A DNA stretch of 64,000 bases, from UHGV virus genome UHGV-1351982; one strand, written 5' to 3'. Under the pieces are notes generated by a model. That model was not told where the DNA came from. It was given only the letters and a program-made list of their open reading frames with translations, and searched no databases. Source of the DNA: a virus. The first letter of the stretch is position 1; every line of letters starts with the position of its first letter. The position numbers and the translations under genes are program-made. Of the stretch, positions 58,634 through 64,000 are shown piece after piece.

Positions 58634-58819
58634 TCAGTAATCTCCGTTGTCGTTGTATACTACCCCACTGCTAGGGAGTTCTTCTATTGTCACATTCTCG
58701 AATTCTATAGAACTTCTATGGTTTCTGGCCAGTTCGATTGCTTCTTCCGCAGTTTCCGCAATAACAATAGCTGTACCACCCAACCACAGGCCTTTATAGT
58801 CAACTCTAAAAATTTTCAT
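58634..58819 (-). CDS. hypothetical small protein (61 aa)
   Basis: ORF. Confidence 0.35.
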   Translation of the reverse strand: MKIFRVDYKGLWLGGTAIVIAETAEEAIELARNHRSSIEFENVTIEELPSSGVVYNDNGDY

Positions 58820-58885
58820 TTTGAAAATCCTGCGTATATAAGAAAACCCCAGACTACTTATTCAATAGCTGGGGTTTATTATTAA

Positions 58886-59185
58886 TTAGATAATTTCGAC
58901 AATATCCTGGGTTACAAACCCGTCGAATTCATCAGAGATACCACCTGTAAAGGTGATGCCCATAATCATTGCATCCATTTTTCTTATCTCCGATATTTTC
59001 ATGCCTGCTTTACTATTTTTATAGTATTTGCGAGGATTTCCACACATCCAACAAGAACAGATGCAAGGAGTGGTAGTGATAATGCCCAAACGTTTAGGAC
59101 TTTCCTCGTGTGGGAAGACTGTCCAATACTTTTTGCGATTGTTTTTCACACGTTGACGGTGATGACGCCTTAATGCTCTGTCCAC
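58886..59185 (-). CDS. Cys-cluster protein (99 aa)
   Basis: TPCICSCWMCGNPRK metal-binding-like cluster; directly downstream of the GrcA-like gene. Confidence 0.4.
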   Translation of the reverse strand: MDRALRRHHRQRVKNNRKKYWTVFPHEESPKRLGIITTTPCICSCWMCGNPRKYYKNSKAGMKISEIRKMDAMIMGITFTGGISDEFDGFVTQDIVEII

Positions 59186-59266
59186 TAAGTTCTCCTAAAA
59201 CTTGGGAGATAAATGGAGTTTGCTCGACTACTTTGCGTAGCTGGGAGAAATCGTATCCAAACCCCA

Positions 59267-59635
59267 TTATATCGCCTGAGTAAATGTACGACTAATAACG
59301 TCGTTCTGTTGTTCACGCGTCAGTGCATTAAATCGAACAGCATAGCCAGAGACACGAATGGTCAACTGAGGGTATTTTTCAGGATGTTTCTGTGCATCCA
59401 AAAGCTGATCACGACTTAACACATTGACATTTAGGTGCTGACCGCCCTCGACCTGAGGAACTACTTCAACATCTACGATGCGAAAGGCTTCAGGATCAAA
59501 GTGAGGTGTGATACCTTCTAGATCTTCAACTAGAACTTTTTGTTTAAGTTCACCATCTTTAGAGTATAATTGAATGATCTGATTGTCATGAACAAGGTTA
59601 ATTACGCCGGATTTAAGGTTTTGGTATGCTTTCAT
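59267..59635 (-). CDS. grcA: autonomous glycyl radical cofactor (GrcA/YfiD-like)
   Basis: 122 aa; C-terminal [12 protein letters not shown]...[33 protein letters not shown] matches my recollection of E. coli GrcA including glycyl-radical signature RVSGYAV. Confidence 0.75.
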   Translation of the reverse strand: MKAYQNLKSGVINLVHDNQIIQLYSKDGELKQKVLVEDLEGITPHFDPEAFRIVDVEVVPQVEGGQHLNVNVLSRDQLLDAQKHPEKYPQLTIRVSGYAVRFNALTREQQNDVISRTFTQAI

Positions 59636-59818
59636 TAGATCTCCCTGATGTTAGAATTTGGCTCAGCTTTTTGTTAACCCAGAAGCAAGATAAAAACTGG
59701 GAGGCAGGCTGTTTATTAAGTGAATACCCGATAATCGCTCGTAGTCCGGCTTGTGGATTGATAGTCCCATTCAGTTTAATAAACACAGAGATCTGGCACA
59801 AAGGCCTGATCTTATCTT

Positions 59819-59894
59819 TGGTAGTTAGTAGTGGATTTGAACCACTGTAGTCGCTCCGTATGAAGGAGGTGCATAACCTCTCTGCCAACTAACT
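59819..59894 (-). tRNA. tRNA, anticodon CAU (Met or Ile2), encoded CCA
   Basis: Manual fold: acceptor AGTTAGT/ACTAACT, T-arm AGTGG-TTCAAAT-CCACT, anticodon loop TTCATAC. Confidence 0.5.
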
Positions 59895-59990
59895 ATTATG
59901 TTTTACTAGACTAAGTAAGTATTCTTTATACTCTTTAGACCAATTAGCTTTTTTAAACTTTCCTGGACGCATAGTCTTACTTCCTAAATT

Positions 59991-60067
59991 TGGTACTCCG
60001 GGAGGGATTTAAACCCCCGATCTCTCGGTTATCAGCCGAGTGCTTTAGATCGCTAAGCTACCGAAGC
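59991..60067 (-). tRNA. tRNA-Ile (GAU), encoded CCA
   Basis: Manual fold: anticodon arm CTCGG-CTGATAA-CCGAG, T-loop TTTAAAT, acceptor GCTTCGG/CCGGAGT. Confidence 0.55.
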
Positions 60068-60068
60068 A

Positions 60069-60275
60069 TTAACATTTAATTGCAGAACGTTTACCATTTC
60101 TAGGCGCACCTGGAAGTCGTGCACGTTCTGCCATTCTTCGCTTAATCTTTGAGATATTTTCTAGTGTTTGTTCTTCAGGCTTAATACCTGAAACACTACA
60201 CCACTGATTACCATCCCATGCGGTAATGATCATAACACCATTGCCCATAATCTTTTCTGTGAAAGTAATTCTCAT
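60069..60275 (-). CDS. hypothetical small protein (68 aa)
   Basis: ORF between tRNAs. Confidence 0.35.
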   Translation of the reverse strand: MRITFTEKIMGNGVMIITAWDGNQWCSVSGIKPEEQTLENISKIKRRMAERARLPGAPRNGKRSAIKC

Positions 60276-60568
60276 TATAACAACTCGTCTAAGTAAGAGG
60301 TATACTGGTATTTAGCTTCACCAGTTTTATCTACTTCGACTTCTGTTCTAGGTACTTTTCGTACCAGACCGTGAATCATCTTATATTGAATAGATTTAGA
60401 TGGTTCGTGATCTTTAGGAAAGACCTGCTTAACTGTAACTACTTTAAATCCCTCACGTGGTGTTAGTACAACAACTTGATCACCTTCTTTGATTTTCCAA
60501 GACTCAGGAAATTCATAAGTGTAGCGTTGACCACCGGTAAGGAATATAACAGAAAGATAACGTTTCAT
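60275..60568 (-). CDS. hypothetical protein (97 aa)
   Basis: ORF after promoter and leader. Confidence 0.4.
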   Translation of the reverse strand: MKRYLSVIFLTGGQRYTYEFPESWKIKEGDQVVVLTPREGFKVVTVKQVFPKDHEPSKSIQYKMIHGLVRKVPRTEVEVDKTGEAKYQYTSYLDELL

Positions 60569-60598
60569 TTGGTTTTCCTCTCATTAATTTATATAAAC

Positions 60599-60627
60599 AT
60601 TATATCAAGAAATAAGAGGAAAGGCAA
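60599..60627 (-). promoter_or_regulatory. early promoter (TTGCCT-N17-TGATATAAT)
   Basis: Minus strand; conserved leader before ATG at 60568. Confidence 0.5.
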
Positions 60628-60642
60628 ATGAATTTTTAAATT

Positions 60643-60717
60643 TGGTGCTCCCACCAGGAATCGAACCCGGTTCAGATGCTTACAAGGCAACTGCATCGCC
60701 AGCAATGCTTTAGGAGC
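60643..60717 (-). tRNA. tRNA-Thr (UGU), encoded CCA
   Basis: Manual fold: D-stem GCAT/ATGC, anticodon loop CTTGTAA, T-arm CCGGG-TTCGATT-CCTGG. Confidence 0.55.
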
Positions 60718-60884
60718 AATAAACCCGTTATTTCAACGGGATTTCTTTTTCAAATACAGGAGACTTATCAGACATTACTGTCATAGCCAACTGCTGTAGA
60801 AATTCGAATGAGAGTTTTAAACGTTCTTCGCCCAACTCAACCTCAACGCGCTTCATTCGTTTATCTACCTTTATCTTTAGATTA

Positions 60885-61106
60885 TCAGCCATCTTCGGGT
60901 TCTCTTTGCTCAGCTATTGCTAGCCAGTCTGGTAAAAGAAACTTAGTACGAAATTCTTCATATGTTTCTTCCGGATGAAAGCTATAGCCTTGCTTTTCAT
61001 CATTTAATAAAACCGAACCGTCTTCCTGCTCATAAGCTCGGTATGTTTCACCAATAATTAAAACTCGCCTATTAGGATTTTTATTACGAAACTCAAAAAC
61101 GTCCAT
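60885..61106 (-). CDS. hypothetical small protein (73 aa)
   Basis: ORF between tRNAs. Confidence 0.35.
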   Translation of the reverse strand: MDVFEFRNKNPNRRVLIIGETYRAYEQEDGSVLLNDEKQGYSFHPEETYEEFRTKFLLPDWLAIAEQREPEDG

Positions 61107-61121
61107 AACGTTTCCTTAAAT

Positions 61122-61196
61122 TGGTGCGGGATACGAGAGTCGAACTCGTGTCTACTGGTTGGAAGCCAGTTATTCTAGCCACTGAACTAATCACGC
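61122..61196 (-). tRNA. tRNA-Gly (UCC), encoded CCA
   Basis: Manual fold: anticodon arm ACTGG-CTTCCAA-CCAGT, T-arm ACGAG-TTCGACT-CTCGT. Confidence 0.6.
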
Positions 61197-61203
61197 ATTC
61201 GTT

Positions 61204-61279
61204 TGGCTGGAGAAGGAGGAATCGAACCTACCATTAACGGAGTCAAAGGCCGTTGTGCTAACCATTACACTACTCTCCA
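61204..61279 (-). tRNA. tRNA-Gln (UUG), encoded CCA
   Basis: U1-A72 pair and G73 as in E. coli tRNA-Gln; anticodon loop CTTTGAC. Confidence 0.5.
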
Positions 61280-61285
61280 AGTATT

Positions 61286-61361
61286 TGGCTGGGATGCCAC
61301 GGATCGAACGTGGAACCTTCGGAGTCAGAGGCCGACGATCTGCCAATTGATCTACATCCCA
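61286..61361 (-). tRNA. tRNA-Gln (CUG), encoded CCA
   Basis: U1-A72, G73; anticodon loop CTCTGAC; T-arm CCACG-TTCGATC-CGTGG. Confidence 0.5.
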
Positions 61362-61369
61362 ATAATTTT

Positions 61370-61570
61370 TTATTCTTCAGGAACCGTGGCTATTGGATCT
61401 GGTTCTTCTAGACGTTTACCATTATGATCGACACGAATAATGCCACAACCTTCACAGATTACAACAGCACCATAGCCTTCTTTAACTTCGGCTTCTGTAA
61501 TCAGACCAGATAAATCACCAGTATCTTTGCCCCACATATCAATAGAGCATTCTTTGCAGAAATCAGCCAT
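61370..61570 (-). CDS. small zinc-ribbon-like protein (66 aa)
   Basis: CKEC ... CEGC paired Cys motifs. Confidence 0.4.
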   Translation of the reverse strand: MADFCKECSIDMWGKDTGDLSGLITEAEVKEGYGAVVICEGCGIIRVDHNGKRLEEPDPIATVPEE

Positions 61571-61594
61571 ATTTTAGTTCCTGTATAAGTTAAT

Positions 61595-61669
61595 TGGTGC
61601 ATCCTCAGGGAATCGAACCCCGATCGTAAAGTTCGTAGCTTTACATTCTTTCCGTTGAAATAAGGACGC
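61595..61669 (-). tRNA. tRNA-Arg (ACG), encoded CCA
   Basis: Manual fold: anticodon arm TAAAG-CTACGAA-CTTTA, acceptor GCGTCCT/AGGATGC. Confidence 0.5.
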
Positions 61670-61675
61670 AATATT

Positions 61676-61752
61676 TGGGGTGGCTAGTGGAATTCGAATC
61701 CACATAGGCCTGATTCACAATCAGGATCATTAACCAATTATGATATAGCCAC
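61676..61752 (-). tRNA. tRNA-His (GUG), encoded CCA
   Basis: Manual fold: D-stem TCAT/ATGA, anticodon arm CCTGA-TTGTGAA-TCAGG, T-arm GTGGA-TTCGAAT-TCCAC, C73. Confidence 0.6.
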
Positions 61753-62116
61753 AATTGAAAACCATTGAGGAGTAGCGAACTCTCTACACTAGAAGCTTGC
61801 ATGCTCATACCTAGTGATTAGACCTAGCAAATAGGCGCTACAAGTAACGACCCTAAGTGGTAGACTCAAACAGACAATGATTTTCAATTGTGGCGGCTCT
61901 CCGAAACTCATCACACTAACAACTAGTTGATTACTTCTGGATTCTCGCCCAGAAAATTCTCTAGAAAGGTGCACCGTTACTCTTTGAGCCATTGATGATG
62001 GGATGGTCTCTCATCCCCACTAACTACTTAATCCTTACGATTCGTCGGTTAGCACGAGCAGCAACCCTTCATATATAATTTATAGTGCCCAGAAGGTCAT
62101 TAGAAGCACTTTATCA

Positions 62117-62246
62117 AGAAGTAGAAGGACTCGAACCTTCAAGAGATAGACCATTTATCTCAGCCTCGTTTTCGGGTATCTTATGAGGAGTGGATGTTCC
62201 CCTTACGCCCTTTAGGAAGCCCCGTCTACCGATTCCGGCATACTTC
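62117..62246 (-). ncRNA. tRNA-like structured RNA (about 130 nt; T-arm and acceptor pairing but no canonical cloverleaf)
   Basis: GAAGG-TTCGAGT-CCTTC T-arm, acceptor-like pairing GAAGTAT/CTACTTC about 115 nt apart, internal 6-bp hairpin GAGATA-AATGGTC-TATCTC; no long ORF. Confidence 0.3.
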
Positions 62247-62255
62247 AAGAATTAT

Positions 62256-62459
62256 TTAAAACTTGTAACCTTTGGGAACCTTATCTTTAACACCGATATA
62301 CTCAGCTTGGATGTAGTATGTTGGCACATGATCTTTAGGTAGATCTTTATTTACATCATTAACTTCCATCAAGGCTTCGGCCTCGGTGTCAAATGGGCGA
62401 TACCAGATTTCACCACCCCAGCCACGTTCACTTTCAGTATACTTAACAATGTGTTTCAT
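62256..62459 (-). CDS. hypothetical small protein (start trimmed to MKHIVKY)
   Basis: ORF-track start at 62510 would overlap tRNA-Ser; internal Met at 62459 has upstream AGGAAAAC. Confidence 0.35.
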   Translation of the reverse strand: MKHIVKYTESERGWGGEIWYRPFDTEAEALMEVNDVNKDLPKDHVPTYYIQAEYIGVKDKVPKGYKF

Positions 62460-62477
62460 AAGGTTTTCCTTATTAGT

Positions 62478-62567
62478 TGGAGGAAGGTAATGGAGTCGAA
62501 CCATCACCATATCGCTACAGCGGGCAGGTTTTCAAGACCTGTTACATACCACTATGTCCTACCTTCC
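62478..62567 (-). tRNA. tRNA-Ser (UGA), type II with long variable arm, encoded CCA
   Basis: Perfect acceptor GGAAGGT/ACCTTCC, anticodon arm CAGGT-CTTGAAA-ACCTG, variable hairpin CGCT-GT-AGCG. Confidence 0.6.
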
Positions 62568-62794
62568 AGTATTTGTTCTACTTCTTTGCGTAGATCTTCT
62601 GGATTATCATGATAGGTTGTTTGCCATACATAAATAACCCCGGCATCACATGCTTTATCAAAGATTTCTCGCTCAGGAAGTTTCATCCCCATTGCATACT
62701 TGATATGTAACTCTAGAGCTTGCTTACTAGGGAATGTATGACGCAAGAAAAACTTATCATTAGCTAAATCCAACATCATAATTTTGACTTTCAT
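62552..62794 (-). CDS. hypothetical small protein (80 aa)
   Basis: ORF; 3' end overlaps tRNA-Ser 5' end by about 16 nt. Confidence 0.35.
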   Translation of the reverse strand: MKVKIMMLDLANDKFFLRHTFPSKQALELHIKYAMGMKLPEREIFDKACDAGVIYVWQTTYHDNPEDLRKEVEQILEGRT

Positions 62795-62815
62795 TTATAT
62801 CCCCTATTAGTTGTT

Positions 62816-62907
62816 TGGCGGAAGAAGAGAGATTCGAACTCTCAAGCCTGCTTTCACAAGTCAGCCACTTTCCAAGCGGTTTTCGTCACCTATCGATTTG
62901 CTCTTCC
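62816..62907 (-). tRNA. type II tRNA, probably tRNA-Ser (GGA), encoded CCA
   Basis: Acceptor GGAAGAG/TTCTTCC, T-arm GAGAG-TTCGAAT-CTCTC, candidate anticodon loop TTGGAAA; D-arm atypical. Confidence 0.4.
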
Positions 62908-63081
62908 GTAGATCTCAGGATTAAATCATAAACTTCATTAGCGGATACTGGAAGTATGAGATTATACATCTTTTGGTCATACCTCTGACCATACTCTATA
63001 AACACATACTCTTTAGTTAATGTATTAACAGCTAACCAGATATCAGTTATAGGAGTTTTCATCATGAGTTAATCTAATGTT

Positions 63082-63162
63082 TGGTAGGGATGGAGGGACT
63101 CGAACCCACACCCGAAGACTAGAACCTAAATCTAGCGCGTCTGCCAATTTCGCCACATCCCC
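63082..63162 (-). tRNA. tRNA-Leu (UAG), encoded CCA
   Basis: Anticodon arm CTAGA-TTTAGGT-TCTAG, extended variable arm, acceptor GGGGATG/CATCCCT. Confidence 0.5.
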
Positions 63163-63169
63163 ATTTTAT

Positions 63170-63388
63170 TTAGTTAGAAATAAATAATAATCCCGCAACA
63201 ATGGAACCTACGCCACTGAATACCATTATCAGCATAGCTTCTAAGCTGATAAAGCGGACAGTATATGGAGCGCCCCAAGAATAATCAGTAAAGAAAGTTT
63301 TCTTTTCTTTAGCTAAATCTTTAACAGTTCTAAAATAGATAGCTAGTGCTAAAGCTGCAAGAACTACAGAGGCTGCTAAGAATACCAT
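63170..63388 (-). CDS. small membrane protein (72 aa)
   Basis: Two hydrophobic helices. Confidence 0.35.
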   Translation of the reverse strand: MVFLAASVVLAALALAIYFRTVKDLAKEKKTFFTDYSWGAPYTVRFISLEAMLIMVFSGVGSIVAGLLFISN

Positions 63389-63407
63389 ATTATTTCCTTA
63401 ATTTGTT

Positions 63408-63483
63408 TGGTGGAGTCACTCAGAATTGAACTGAGTTCCACTGCTTGCAAGGCAGTAAGTTTAACCAAATAACCTATGACCCC
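63408..63483 (-). tRNA. tRNA-Cys (GCA), encoded CCA
   Basis: Anticodon arm ACTGC-CTTGCAA-GCAGT, T-arm CTCAG-TTCAATT-CTGAG. Confidence 0.6.
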
Positions 63484-63488
63484 GAATT

Positions 63489-63562
63489 TGGTGGAGAAAG
63501 AGGGAGTTGAACCCTCGTCTTCTGCGTGCAAAGCAGATGTTCTACCATTAAACTATATCCCC
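63489..63562 (-). tRNA. tRNA-Ala (UGC), encoded CCA
   Basis: Anticodon arm TCTGC-TTTGCAC-GCAGA, T-arm GAGGG-TTCAACT-CCCTC. Confidence 0.55.
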
Positions 63563-63824
63563 AAAATCTTTAAGTTTACTAAGGCTATTAGCTCGGTGTG
63601 CGTAATACCCTCGGCAATTAGCCATGCGAGGATACCCGCTCTCCACAAACCCGATACACTATTCAGTTGCCGCTGAATCTAGTGGACTAATCTAGAACTT
63701 CTTGCAAAGTATCCCCCGCCATTAGGGGTCTAATTGCAACCGTGCTTTTTGGCAGCCAGTCCTAGGTCGAGCTAATACCTTAGTGAACTTTGATGAGGAT
63801 TTCTCCTCATCAATTTATATAAAT

Positions 63825-63857
63825 ATTATAACAAGAAATTAAGCATCAAGCAAGTAC
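63825..63857 (-). promoter_or_regulatory. early promoter (TTGCTT-N17-TATAAT) reading into the leader and tRNA cluster
   Basis: Minus strand; conserved leader ATAAATTGATGAGGAG follows, but no ORF start. Confidence 0.5.
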
Positions 63858-64000
63858 ATTTTTGCAGATTTCTTGTATTTCCTTAACGTCACTAACGAAA
63901 AGGTAATCAGAGCTTCCAGAGTGCATACTCTGCATAACCACACCACCATCCGGTGCATCATCTTTCAGAGTAATTCCTAACCAGAACTCGGCAAAACTAG

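Noticed and set aside
59613-59888. 91-aa minus-strand ORF and 74-aa plus-strand ORF (59626-59850)
   Set aside because: Overlap the CAU tRNA and the upstream region of the GrcA-like gene; no RBS; likely spurious.
61203-61427. 74-aa plus-strand ORF
   Set aside because: Covers two tRNA-Gln genes on the opposite strand; the translation is simply the antisense of tRNA sequence.
61789-61992. 67-aa minus-strand ORF
   Set aside because: No RBS or coding-like composition and lies within the inverted-repeat-bounded candidate RNA region; kept only as part of that finding.
62907-63064. Possible 59-aa minus-strand ORF (MMKTPITDIW..) between tRNA-Ser and tRNA-Leu
   Set aside because: Below the ORF-track length threshold, overlaps the 5' end of the type II tRNA, and lacks a clear RBS; left unannotated.
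63476-63676. 66-aa plus-strand ORF
   Set aside because: Overlaps tRNA-Cys and tRNA-Ala on the opposite strand.
1-64000. Possibility that the window is a prophage or integrative element in a bacterial chromosome
   Set aside because: No integrase, repressor, attachment-site-like tRNA junction or host housekeeping genes; gene content and order are those of a virulent T5-like phage, and the tRNA cluster is phage-type (tandem, interspersed with small ORFs).
63840-64000. Partial minus-strand gene running off the window end
   Set aside because: All three minus-strand frames contain stop codons within the last 160 nt, so no long ORF can be supported from the visible sequence.

Overview
This window reads as a contiguous segment of a T5-like virulent siphophage genome (Tequintavirus-like, Demerecviridae); no integrase, repressor or host genes are visible. 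Layout: (1) 1-6.2 kb, end of the early replication/recombination block on the + strand (putative SSB, SbcD-like D12, SbcC-like D13, D14, flap endonuclease D15, dUTPase). (2) 6.2-30.1 kb, the late structural block on the - strand in T5 order: short lateral tail fiber, collar, pb4, pb3, pb9, tape measure pb2, chaperones, pb6, capsid pb8, protease pb11, decoration pb10, portal pb7, HNH-like, TerL, TerS, receptor-binding pb5, followed by + strand lipoprotein Llp. (3) 30.5-42 kb, a pre-early (first-step-transfer-like) region: dmp, A1-like and A2-like genes on the - strand, then a 3.3-kb + strand cluster of small unknown genes bracketed by about 120-bp imperfect inverted repeats that each carry DnaA boxes and a near-consensus LexA box, then a repeat-dense noncoding tract. 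(4) 42-59.6 kb, early genes on the - strand behind a highly conserved TTGCTT-N17-TATAAT promoter family (phosphatases, thioredoxin-like, endolysin, holin, ClpP-like, dNMP kinase, GrcA-like glycyl-radical protein). (5) 59.8-63.6 kb, a - strand tRNA cluster of at least 13 tRNAs, all with encoded CCA. The most interesting candidate is the inverted-repeat-bracketed + strand cluster and the adjacent repeat tract. All calls rest on reading the translations and sequence by eye and on recalled knowledge of T5; no database search was run, so protein names marked T5-like are recalled homology, and coordinates of RNA and regulatory features are approximate.
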